Assembly (NCBI GenBank): GCA_047602745.1
Contig: JBLKOJ010000006.1
Coordinates: forward strand, 1-40,404
DNA: 40,404 nucleotides
Reading direction: 5' to 3'
Source of the DNA: Candidatus Woesearchaeota archaeon
GTDB taxonomy: Archaea; Nanobdellota; Nanobdellia; Woesearchaeales; UBA583
The notes below the pieces were generated by a model. The model was not told the DNA's origin and did not search any database. It saw nothing but the letters and a program-made list of their open reading frames with translations. The position numbers and the translations under genes were made by a program. This document shows positions 29,287-38,979 of the stretch, piece after piece (the first letter of the stretch is position 1; every line of letters starts with the position of its first letter).

Positions 29287-32200
29287 ATGAATATATTAGA
29301 ATTGAATTCTTCTCTTAAAAATTTAATTGTAATTAAACTATTAAATATTGTTTTATTATTTTTTATTGTATTTTTATCTTTTTCTTATGCTCTTAATTAT
29401 CCAAATTTTAATTTAAATACTAACCCTGTATTTGATGAAGAAGGAAATATACTCATTATAAGTGGTCAGACATGTTATAATTGTGAAATATCATTAGTAT
29501 TAAATTCCCAAGTAGTTGAACAAAAAAAAATTCAATCTCCTGTAAAGATAATCAATTGGAACGAAATTGGAGATACAATTAGTTTATTTCCAAACCAACA
29601 TTTTGTAATAAATTACTCTCGTAATGAGTTAATAGATGGTGAGTCTTCGTATCAAGTAGATGTATTTGAACAAGATAATTTTAGGTCTTTTCAAGTAAAT
29701 CATACTTCTAGTGAATTTAGAATGTCTTCAGTTGATTTTGATTTGTCAAGAATTGTTTTAGAATATAATGAAGAGCAGGAATCAAAAAGTGTTTCAATTG
29801 AAAATACACTCATAGATTTTAGTTTTACAAGTATTTCTAGAGATGATTTAATTTCAGGAGAAAATACGATTGCAGTTATTGTTAAAAAATCAGATGATTT
29901 CGATGGAGGAAATGAAGAACCTTTAGAGGAAGGATTTGTGTATGATTTTTCAAAATATAATATTCAATTTATAATGGATACAAATAACAAAAATGCAATA
30001 AATCTAAATGGGGGGTACTTGGCTGGAAGAGTTGTGGGAGTTGATAATTATGATGATGTTGGATTTTCGTATTTAGTTAATGGCCCTGGTGAAATTATTA
30101 CAAATACGGGCTTAATGCGAAGTTTTCAAGTTAATCAAACAACGGGTGAGTTTAATTTTTCTCTTAGGGCTAATGAGTTTAGAGAAGGAGAAAATACTAT
30201 TGATTTAATTGCACACCGAGCAGAGAATAAAGGAACTTTTGTAGGTTTTAACAGAGTCGATATAATTAGGGATACAAGACCTCCTACTTTGGAAATTAAT
30301 TCAATTAAATTGTATGATGGAGGAGAAGTAATTACCCAATTGAGGCCTCAGGAAATAGGGAGGGAGATTTTTACGGGTTATCAAACAGTTGAGTTAAATA
30401 TATCTGCTGATGCTGAAATTATTACTTGGGAATATGACTCAAATCCTCAAGAATTGGTAGGAGTAGATGGACAATTTCCTCCTTTAAGATTTAATGCAAA
30501 AAGAGGAGATACTTTAGTAAGAGATATTTCAAATGAATTAGTAAAAGAGAAAAGTATTGAGGAGATAGCTCAAGAATTAGAAGTAAATAGAGAAACTGTT
30601 GAACTTGTAAATGAAGCATATCAAAAATTGATAGAAGAAGGAAATTCTCGAAAGAGTTTGTGGTATAGAGAGATTGCAAATCAATTTGGAATTGGATATG
30701 ATTTGATTTTAAGGGCTCAAGATGTAGCTGGTAATGAAATTTTAAGGTCATTTAGAGTTGTATTTAATGATGAAAATCCGGAACTAGTGTTAGATGAAAT
30801 GAGACCAAACTCGATATTTAAAGATAAAGAATCGTTTAATGGTGTTGAGAGAATTGAAGGTAGGACTAATCAACCAAATGTTGATATTAGTATTATTGCA
30901 ATTGGGCCTGATGATTTTGTACAAACAGATGCTGGAAATAGAGTGAGGGTTACGTGTCAAAATATATATGAATATTATAGAAGAGGAATTTGGAGAAATT
31001 ATGAAGATACTTCAACATTAGATGAGCATTTATCTTCTGGAACAGTGGGTGGTAGTTTTTCTCTTCAATTCTCAGACTTGCTAGAATTTATTAGAGGTTC
31101 TCTTGAGTTTAGAAGTGATAGTCAAGGTAGGTTTGGAACTTCAAATATACTTAAAGCTATCGTAGGAGGGGACTATATTACATTTAGAACGGGTAATAAT
31201 CCAAATCAGAGAACTGCACAGCATAGAAATACTCTTTGTATATTTATGAAAAATAGTTTTGGGAGAACAAATATGCAAGAGTTTAATGTGAACTATTTGA
31301 CAGGTAATTATGATTGGAAAGTTGATGGTATATCATTTAATAAAAATTCAATTAATCCCTATGAAATTGAAAGTTCTGTGAGTAGAACAGGGGGGGGGTA
31401 TAGAACTTCAGTAGTAATTGAGATGACATACCAAGGTCAATTTGGAGAAACTGGAGAGTTAGATATTAGAAGAGTTGATGTGAGAAAAAGAGGAACTGAA
31501 CCTAGAAATGTAAGAGTTATCAATTCAGAAGTTGTATATTTTTATCAAATGGGAAGATTGAATTTATATGTTCCGCTTGAATTTACACGAAGAGGTATTC
31601 CTGTTCAAGAATATCCTAACACTGAAAGACTAGTACTTGAAATCATTCCAAGAGCAGTTGTTCAAGGGTATGAAATTGATAATAGAAATCCTGAGTTTGT
31701 AGAAATTGAGATTTTTTATGATACCAATTTACTCACTAATTGGTTAACTCCAAGTATGATTGATAGAGGTATTAAATTTTTAAGTTCTACTCTTCAAATA
31801 ACAGGGACTCTTAGAGATACAACTAGGAATTTAGTTCCCGTTGGAGTTTTAAGTTGTACAGGAGCAAGATTTTGGTTTACTTTACAATCAGCAGGTTTAG
31901 ATTCTAATGATCCTAAAGATAAAGAGAGATTGAACCAACTAAAAGAGCGACTGTTTTACGTTTGTGATAGAACATTTTGCTCAGCAACCCCTCACGAATG
32001 TACTCCTGATGATAGTAGTGGGAGATTGCTAGGACTTAAAAAAGACAAAAGTAAAAAAATTTTGGGGGTAGAAATTCCCCAGGATTTAGCGGAGTTAGAT
32101 AGAGTTTCTAGCGCACAAAGTGGACAAATTCTTCAACGATTTAATTATTTAAATGATGGGCCAGAGTGTGTGGTTCCAGGAAGTAGTGGGATGAGGGGGA

Positions 32201-34302
32201 GATTGATGAATTGGGGGGTTACAAGATTTGAAGAAGCGGGGAGTCTTTATTACACTCCTATTGAATCACAAACAGATTTAAGAACTAGATTTGTATGTGT
32301 TCCATATACATACTCAGAGAAATTAGACGAAGAATTAGAAAAATGTAGTGAGCATAAAACAGCAAGTGAGAGAAGTAACTGCAGAAATGCAGCTTATTCT
32401 AATTCTAATTTAATTGAAGGAATTGATATTCAAACAATAAGTAATGCATGCTATTCTGAAGAAGCTCCAAGAATGGATCAAACAAGATGTTTTGGACAAA
32501 AAGGAATGGACCCTAGTGATACAATTATAGATTCAGTTATGTGTGGATGTATTCCTGAGACGTATCAACATTTAAATAAATTGTATCGAATTCAAGAAAA
32601 TATTATTGATTGTTTAGAGGACGTTAAAACAGCTACTGTTGAAGGAACGTATTGTGAGAGATTAATTAGTGTTTCTTTGTGCGATGCAGTCACTGGAGCG
32701 GTATTTAGATTTATGGAGCATAGAGCTGCAAATTCTCCTGCACAGCGTGAATATGATGAAGCCGGAGGTGATGGGGCGTTATCTTCAGTACTAAGTAGTA
32801 TGCAACAAACTCAACAAATAATGGATAATAGGTACGCAGGACAGAGTTTTTATGACTCTAGGAGTGGGTTTAATACTCGGATGATTGTAAACAATTTGTG
32901 TTTATTTGCAATTAACAGAGATTTTTCAATGTTTGAACAAGATATAATAGGAGATTTAGATAGAAGTGTTCAAGTAAGACCTGAGTATGCAAGAACTATT
33001 CCTCAAGTGAGATTTGAATCATATAATCCAATTAGTAATGATATGACTATTTCTTATAGATTTACACATAATGGGATTTCAGGAGGAAGTCCTGTAAGAT
33101 TTACGTATGAATTGGTTTGTGACGCGGATAGAGAAAATGGTGAATACTGTCCTGATGGAGTTACACGTGCAATTGATATTAATCCTTCTATATATAGACC
33201 TCTATTAAGAAATATTAGGGCGGGAGGACAAGCTCAAGAATTAATTGAAGTTAGAGATACAAGTGCTCGATTTGTATTTAATGTTTTAAGAACAACTGTA
33301 GAATATTCTATTGATGAACAGCAAAAAACAAGAGTTCATGAAGAAATTATTAGAAGAGGTCCAGGAGATAACATTGGTTCAGGAATTTTCTCATTTTGTA
33401 ATTTTAAAGAAGGGTCTATGGAAGTAGCAGGAGTTGGGATTACGTGTAGTTCTCAGTTTGGTGCTATGAGTGATATTTCTTATTTTGAAATTTTACAAAA
33501 TTCAAGAGTGGTGCCTAAAGGAGATGATGGAAGAATAATATTTAAACCTGGTGAAAGTGTGGGAGTGAATATTAGATATTCTGCAAGAGGAGACACTTCA
33601 AATGCTCATAGGGGAAGATTATGGTATAAATCAAGTTGTGGAAATGAATTTGGTTCGCATCAGTTAGATCAATCTTTAATAACTTCACAAAATGGTAATT
33701 TTTATGTAGAACTATTTACAATTCCAACTTTAGATTCAGTTCAACAAACTAATAATAATGGGGGTAATGAGCAGGAGCAGCAAACTCCACAACTAAGAGA
33801 AGGGGGTTGTAGATTAGAATTGAGAATGACAGGAAGTGATATTATGATAACTCCAGACAACTTCCAAAAAGATATTTTAGAGGAGAGCGGAACTCAAGTC
33901 GACCCTCAAACAACTAGAAGAGTAAATCAAGTATTTACTACAAACTTTGAAATTAGAAGCAAAAGAGGAGATGAAAGACCAATTGAGTTTATAGTTCCAA
34001 GAGAAGGTTCAACAATTTGTGTAAATGAGCAAGGTCAACCGACTCGGAGTTCTGTTATTCAATTTGCTGCATTAAATTTAACTAATGAGAGGGTGTATTC
34101 AATTGAAATGCATTTAAATAGGTATCAACAAGAGCCAATAAATTTTAGTATTAACAACTTAGAGAGTTTTGAAAATTTATATGTTTCAAACGAATTTAAA
34201 GGACAATTTACAGGAGTAGAGTATCCGACTCCTGCAACGTTGAGAATTAGATTTGATGGTTCAACTATTGCATCAAGAGAAGTGGAGTTAAGAATTTGTT
34301 AA
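29287..34302 (+). CDS. Giant (1671 aa) secreted Ig-repeat and Cys-rich protein
   Basis: Signal peptide FFIVFLSFSYA; DTRPPTL, QDVAGNE, NDENPEL Ig-like motifs; dense Cys pairs in the second half; DPSDTIIDSVMCGC domain. Confidence 0.75.
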   Translation: MNILELNSSLKNLIVIKLLNIVLLFFIVFLSFSYALNYPNFNLNTNPVFDEEGNILIISGQTCYNCEISLVLNSQVVEQKKIQSPVKIINWNEIGDTISLFPNQHFVINYSRNELIDGESSYQVDVFEQDNFRSFQVNHTSSEFRMSSVDFDLSRIVLEYNEEQESKSVSIENTLIDFSFTSISRDDLISGENTIAVIVKKSDDFDGGNEEPLEEGFVYDFSKYNIQFIMDTNNKNAINLNGGYLAGRVVGVDNYDDVGFSYLVNGPGEIITNTGLMRSFQVNQTTGEFNFSLRANEFREGENTIDLIAHRAENKGTFVGFNRVDIIRDTRPPTLEINSIKLYDGGEVITQLRPQEIGREIFTGYQTVELNISADAEIITWEYDSNPQELVGVDGQFPPLRFNAKRGDTLVRDISNELVKEKSIEEIAQELEVNRETVELVNEAYQKLIEEGNSRKSLWYREIANQFGIGYDLILRAQDVAGNEILRSFRVVFNDENPELVLDEMRPNSIFKDKESFNGVERIEGRTNQPNVDISIIAIGPDDFVQTDAGNRVRVTCQNIYEYYRRGIWRNYEDTSTLDEHLSSGTVGGSFSLQFSDLLEFIRGSLEFRSDSQGRFGTSNILKAIVGGDYITFRTGNNPNQRTAQHRNTLCIFMKNSFGRTNMQEFNVNYLTGNYDWKVDGISFNKNSINPYEIESSVSRTGGGYRTSVVIEMTYQGQFGETGELDIRRVDVRKRGTEPRNVRVINSEVVYFYQMGRLNLYVPLEFTRRGIPVQEYPNTERLVLEIIPRAVVQGYEIDNRNPEFVEIEIFYDTNLLTNWLTPSMIDRGIKFLSSTLQITGTLRDTTRNLVPVGVLSCTGARFWFTLQSAGLDSNDPKDKERLNQLKERLFYVCDRTFCSATPHECTPDDSSGRLLGLKKDKSKKILGVEIPQDLAELDRVSSAQSGQILQRFNYLNDGPECVVPGSSGMRGRLMNWGVTRFEEAGSLYYTPIESQTDLRTRFVCVPYTYSEKLDEELEKCSEHKTASERSNCRNAAYSNSNLIEGIDIQTISNACYSEEAPRMDQTRCFGQKGMDPSDTIIDSVMCGCIPETYQHLNKLYRIQENIIDCLEDVKTATVEGTYCERLISVSLCDAVTGAVFRFMEHRAANSPAQREYDEAGGDGALSSVLSSMQQTQQIMDNRYAGQSFYDSRSGFNTRMIVNNLCLFAINRDFSMFEQDIIGDLDRSVQVRPEYARTIPQVRFESYNPISNDMTISYRFTHNGISGGSPVRFTYELVCDADRENGEYCPDGVTRAIDINPSIYRPLLRNIRAGGQAQELIEVRDTSARFVFNVLRTTVEYSIDEQQKTRVHEEIIRRGPGDNIGSGIFSFCNFKEGSMEVAGVGITCSSQFGAMSDISYFEILQNSRVVPKGDDGRIIFKPGESVGVNIRYSARGDTSNAHRGRLWYKSSCGNEFGSHQLDQSLITSQNGNFYVELFTIPTLDSVQQTNNNGGNEQEQQTPQLREGGCRLELRMTGSDIMITPDNFQKDILEESGTQVDPQTTRRVNQVFTTNFEIRSKRGDERPIEFIVPREGSTICVNEQGQPTRSSVIQFAALNLTNERVYSIEMHLNRYQQEPINFSINNLESFENLYVSNEFKGQFTGVEYPTPATLRIRFDGSTIASREVELRIC

Positions 34303-34349
34303 GTAAAATAAAATGATAGATTGATTTTAATAAAGTTTATTAAAAAAAT

Positions 34350-36563
34350 TTAAAAATTAATTGGAATTTTATATCTTTTTGCTTTTAATTCTTTTAGTGT
34401 TAAACTTCCTTTAGTACTCCCTCTTTGAGTGATTAAATGAGCCGCGTTAATTGTTGCAAGTTTCATAGATTCTTCAAGAGAATATTGTTTAGCTAAAAAA
34501 TAAAAACATGTTGCTGCATAACAATCTCCAGCTCCGGTGGTATCAACTATTTGTGAAGATGTGGAAGGAGATTTTTGATAATTGATTTCATTAGAATTAC
34601 TTGAAATTCCATAAGAACCTTTTGAACCATCTGTAATAATAACAAATTTAGGACCTAATGATGATAGGAGGTGAAGATTATTATTGATTCCTTCTTGATG
34701 TGTAAGCAACTGTGCTTCTTCTTTATTGAAAATGAGAACATCAATATATTTTAAATAATTCATAATTTCTTCTTCATGTAATTGTATGGTATAAGAAGAA
34801 GGATTATAACAAATCATAGTACATCCTTGTTGTTTTTTAAGTTTTGAAATAATATTCATTTGAGTATTAAAAGCAGTTTTAGTAAGTCCTGAAAAATAGT
34901 AATTAGAGTATGGCAAATCTTTTGGAACATCACTCATGGAAAAATCTTGATTTTGACCTCTGTGTGTAAAAATAACTCTATCTTTAGACGGTGTCTCAAT
35001 TAAAATACTTTTTGAACTTGGGGTATTATGACTTTTAGTTGTTAAAATTTGAACTTCATTTTCTTTTGTAGATTTTTGTACTAACTCTAGACTTTCATTA
35101 GAGAGTCTGGTAATGAGTCCCACTTTTCCTTGAAGTTTTGAGAGAATAGAAGAAACATTAATTCCTCCTCCTCCAACACTCATTGTAAAATTATCATCTA
35201 CTTTTATTTTTTCACCTAGAATTGATGAGTCAATATCTACACTTGAGTTAATAAATGTATCAATAACATTAGACCCAACTACGACTGTATCAAAATGCAT
35301 TGAGGAATTTAAATGAGAATTTAGTTTTGAACTAAATTTAGAGTATGAATCTTCAACTGCTTTTATTCCAGGGAGTGTTTTTCCTTCTAAGAATTGAACT
35401 AATGCCCCTCCAGCTAAAGAGACATAGGAAAATAAATTTTTAGTTTTTGATATTTCAGCAGCCGTGAGAGTATGTCCTCCTCCCATAAATGAAAATGTAT
35501 CTGAGTGAACAATTGTTCTAAATAGAGTGTATGTTCCAACTTCAAGTCCTTTTTTTTCAAAATTTCCAATAGGTCCTTTTACATAACATGATTGTGATTT
35601 TTTAACAATTTTGGAAAATGCTTCAATTGTTAGCGACCCTATATCTTCAATTAAGTATTCTTTAAGTTGAGTATTATTTTTTGTAAGTTTATTTATGGGA
35701 ACTTCTACTCGTTTATTATTGGAGTCTAAATATGCAACATCAAGAGGAAGTTGAAATTGTTTAGGAAATTTTTCAAGTAATTGTTTCAAATCATTAAGTG
35801 CCAAGTTATATTCATTCTTATCAATCCAATCCCATTTTTTACCCAAATAGTATCCTTTGATATGAAGTGCAAGTTCTCCAATAACTCCTCCAAGTAAAAT
35901 AGTATCAACTGAGTTATTTTCTAAACTTTTTTTTAAAAGTGGAATTAAATCGTCAGGTTTTACTCCTCCCATCATAAAAATTCTGGGGTGTTGGGTATGT
36001 TCTAAAATATTTAGAGGTTTTAATTCTTTTTGTAATAATCTTCCTGCAATGAGTGGAACTTTCGGGTTCCCTAAAACTGAACTGTGAGCTCTGTGTGAAA
36101 TAGAAAATGCGTCTAAAATGTATAAATCACAGAGTTCAATAATTTTAGTAATTTCGTTTTGTATTAATTGTCCTTTAGGAGTAAATTGAGGTTTTTGTTC
36201 AACATCTAATTCACGCAAATTTTCAAGTAAGAAAAGTTGTTGTTTGGGATGTTTTTTTAGACTCTCTTCCACACTTCTTTTTGAAATTGTTGAAATCATC
36301 TCGATTTGAGTATTTAAAATATGTTCTAATGCTTCTTTATGGAGTGTAAGAGAAGTAAAATCGCTTTTCCCTTTCCTACCTTGATGAGCAAAAATAAGTA
36401 CTCTAGCACCCTTATCTAAAAGCTCTTTAATGGAACTACACGCTTCTTTAATTCTCCCACTTACTTCAACTTTCCCATTAATAATTGCAGAATTGATATC
36501 AACTCTAATTCCTACAATTTTTTTAATAACAAGTACAGAATCTAATGTTAAATATTTTTTCAT
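34350..36563 (-). CDS. pgk: Phosphoglycerate kinase (archaeal type) fused to a C-terminal PfkB/ribokinase-family kinase
   Basis: PGK motifs RVDINS, HQGR, ENLR, DAFS..HR, GGVK, GGGH, SLAGGA; PfkB motifs GGGGINVS, NKEEA, ITDGSKG, DTTGAGD; single open frame. Confidence 0.9.
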   Translation of the reverse strand: MKKYLTLDSVLVIKKIVGIRVDINSAIINGKVEVSGRIKEACSSIKELLDKGARVLIFAHQGRKGKSDFTSLTLHKEALEHILNTQIEMISTISKRSVEESLKKHPKQQLFLLENLRELDVEQKPQFTPKGQLIQNEITKIIELCDLYILDAFSISHRAHSSVLGNPKVPLIAGRLLQKELKPLNILEHTQHPRIFMMGGVKPDDLIPLLKKSLENNSVDTILLGGVIGELALHIKGYYLGKKWDWIDKNEYNLALNDLKQLLEKFPKQFQLPLDVAYLDSNNKRVEVPINKLTKNNTQLKEYLIEDIGSLTIEAFSKIVKKSQSCYVKGPIGNFEKKGLEVGTYTLFRTIVHSDTFSFMGGGHTLTAAEISKTKNLFSYVSLAGGALVQFLEGKTLPGIKAVEDSYSKFSSKLNSHLNSSMHFDTVVVGSNVIDTFINSSVDIDSSILGEKIKVDDNFTMSVGGGGINVSSILSKLQGKVGLITRLSNESLELVQKSTKENEVQILTTKSHNTPSSKSILIETPSKDRVIFTHRGQNQDFSMSDVPKDLPYSNYYFSGLTKTAFNTQMNIISKLKKQQGCTMICYNPSSYTIQLHEEEIMNYLKYIDVLIFNKEEAQLLTHQEGINNNLHLLSSLGPKFVIITDGSKGSYGISSNSNEINYQKSPSTSSQIVDTTGAGDCYAATCFYFLAKQYSLEESMKLATINAAHLITQRGSTKGSLTLKELKAKRYKIPINF

Positions 36564-36652
36564 ATAATAGTAATTTTAAGTGGGAATGATATATTTTTAT
36601 GTTTCAATTTAGAAGTAGTGGACTTTAAGGAATATATAATTGTTAATTAATG

Positions 36653-38335
36653 TTAAAAAAAATCAAGTAGATTGTTTAATTCTTTCTTTTTTTCTTCTTC
36701 ATATTCTATTTGATTTTTAAGAAGGATTTCTACTTCTTCAGAACTTACTTCTCTTGCTCGAATTTCTTGAGGTTTTCCAATTTTAAGACTTGTAGCAATT
36801 TCTTTTTGACTTTGAGAATTGAGAGAATTTAATAATGTATTAGCTCGTTTTTCTCCCATTACTTGAATAATGGTCTCTTTTGGTAGTTCTTTTATGTTAT
36901 TTGGACTTTTAATTCCTCTTTCATATAAATCTCTTGCTCTTTTTCTTCCAATACTTTTAAGAGTAAGTAATGGGAGTAGTTCTAATCGTACTCCATATTT
37001 AACTCGTACACGTAATTTTTTAATTTGAGATTTAGAATATAATTCTTTTTTTAAGCCTAGGAGTTCTTCAATACAATATAGTAACCAATCTAATATATTA
37101 AGTTTGTAATTAAGTTCACCAGGAGTTATGTTATATTGGTCATGTAATAAACTTTCAGGAAATTCATTAATCCATTTTTGATAAATTTGTGCAGTTTTTA
37201 AAATTGATAAAAATTCTCCAATCTCTTGTTCAAAAGGGTCATACTCAGTCAATAATTCACTTTCTAAGTCTTGAGCTAGCATATATATTTCATCTTCTTC
37301 TTTTTTTTTTATATAAAAGTAGGGTTTCATTTCAATAACATTACAAATACTATGTAGAAGAGCAAGTTCAGAATTTTTGTTCATATCAACATTTGCTTCT
37401 TTGAAGGAGAATTGTTTAAATAACTCAACAATTTTAGGAAGTAGTGTTAAATAATAATGAGCAGTATCAGGATTTAAATATAATTCTGAAATTTTTTTAC
37501 CCATTGGAGTTGCAATATAATAATTATCATTAACTCTAATAAAGCCATATCTTTCAAGCACATGTAAAATTCTAAATATTTGATTAAAGAGCTGTTTCTT
37601 GTCTTCAAATTGATGTCCATACAAACTGTGTAAAAAAAAATCTTCAATTTCCTCTTTAGAATTAATACTATCCATTGCAATTAACGATAGAAGATACATT
37701 TTCAGTGTTGGCTCAACAGCAAGCTTGGAGAATATCTCTTCACTCTCTCCGTGAATAAATTTAGTACTAACTCTTTTTTCTTCATCATCACTATCTTTGA
37801 TATGAATGACACTCACACCAATGGTTTCAACCCCTGGGCGTCCTGCTCTTCCCGCCATTTGTTGATACTCTAAAACAGGAATGTCTTGATATCCTCTTTG
37901 GGAAAATCGTTTATAATCTTTAATAAATGTGACACTTGCGGGTAAATTTAGTCCTGCAGCTAATGTTGGTGTAGAAGAAATTGCATGGAGAATTTTTTGT
38001 TTAAATAAATCTTCTATAATGCTTCTTTGTTTTGCAATAAGTCCTGCGTGATGAAATGCAATGCCGTATTTGATACAGTCACTGAGTTCTCGACATTGAC
38101 TTGTTGGAGATGAAAGAGCAACAAGAATTTTTTGACTTGCTTCTTCAAGTTCAGGAGATATATTAATTTTTTGTTTCTTAAAGTGTTGAGCAACTTTTTT
38201 AGCAGTACTTTGAGCTGTTGATTTTGAGGCATTAAATATGATAATTTGTTTATTATCGTTTATACAATCAATAATTAAATTAATAGGACTCTCTGGAGTA
38301 TGTCCAGTAATTTTTTCTTGCTCAAGTAATTTCAT
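36653..38335 (-). CDS. hel308: Hel308/Hjm (Ski2-like) helicase C-terminal part lacking the RecA1 domain
   Basis: Motifs IV-VI IIIFNAS, AFHHAGL, TPTLAAGLNLPA, QMAGRAGRPG; winged-helix, ratchet and HhH (IGRKRARDLY); no Walker A or DExH. Confidence 0.85.
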   Translation of the reverse strand: MKLLEQEKITGHTPESPINLIIDCINDNKQIIIFNASKSTAQSTAKKVAQHFKKQKINISPELEEASQKILVALSSPTSQCRELSDCIKYGIAFHHAGLIAKQRSIIEDLFKQKILHAISSTPTLAAGLNLPASVTFIKDYKRFSQRGYQDIPVLEYQQMAGRAGRPGVETIGVSVIHIKDSDDEEKRVSTKFIHGESEEIFSKLAVEPTLKMYLLSLIAMDSINSKEEIEDFFLHSLYGHQFEDKKQLFNQIFRILHVLERYGFIRVNDNYYIATPMGKKISELYLNPDTAHYYLTLLPKIVELFKQFSFKEANVDMNKNSELALLHSICNVIEMKPYFYIKKKEEDEIYMLAQDLESELLTEYDPFEQEIGEFLSILKTAQIYQKWINEFPESLLHDQYNITPGELNYKLNILDWLLYCIEELLGLKKELYSKSQIKKLRVRVKYGVRLELLPLLTLKSIGRKRARDLYERGIKSPNNIKELPKETIIQVMGEKRANTLLNSLNSQSQKEIATSLKIGKPQEIRAREVSSEEVEILLKNQIEYEEEKKKELNNLLDFF

Positions 38336-38453
38336 AATTTATTAAGGTGATGTATATTTTTAAACTCTTGCTTTAAGAAAAATAGAGTTATTTGATTTTT
38401 TAATCTTTGAAGTAATTAATAAGATTTATTAATATTCTTTTTATATTTATAAT

Positions 38454-38918
38454 ATGTTAGAAAATTTTAATGTGTTATTGTTTGTTTATTTATTAATATA
38501 TACTATGTGTTTACTTATAGGTTTTAAAATTCAATCTTCTCAAAAATCCCAACTTAATAAAAAATATAAGTTATTTAAACCTTATTTGACGTTCATGCTT
38601 ATTTCAATTTTTTCAATCACAGCAGGAATTTTAGCATTTTCTACACTTATAAATCATATATTTAGTATTTTCTTTACACTTCATATGCTATTTGTTGTAT
38701 ATATGATTTGGGGACTAGATAAAAATACTCGATGTTGGAAACAGCATAAGATAGTATACTATAATTTTTATCTTATTATTTTAATGTATGTATGTTCTTT
38801 ATTCATTCAAGGAGTGGAGTACTTATTTTATTTTATATTTATACTAATATGTATTTATACTATTTTAGAGTTTCAATTTGCCAAATTCAACTTAAAACAA
38901 ACATTAATGTGGGATTAA
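38454..38918 (+). CDS. Small polytopic membrane protein
   Basis: About 5 hydrophobic segments in 154 aa. Confidence 0.55.
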   Translation: MLENFNVLLFVYLLIYTMCLLIGFKIQSSQKSQLNKKYKLFKPYLTFMLISIFSITAGILAFSTLINHIFSIFFTLHMLFVVYMIWGLDKNTRCWKQHKIVYYNFYLIILMYVCSLFIQGVEYLFYFIFILICIYTILEFQFAKFNLKQTLMWD

Positions 38919-38979
38919 TTTTTTAAAAGAGTTTAATTATAATAGTAAATTTTAAAAACACTCTTCTTTTTATTGTGTT

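Noticed and set aside
38336-38453. Frameshifted 5' part of Hel308 upstream of the ORF
   Set aside because: Only 118 nt of AT-rich spacer before a divergent gene; no Walker A or DExH coding remnant seen
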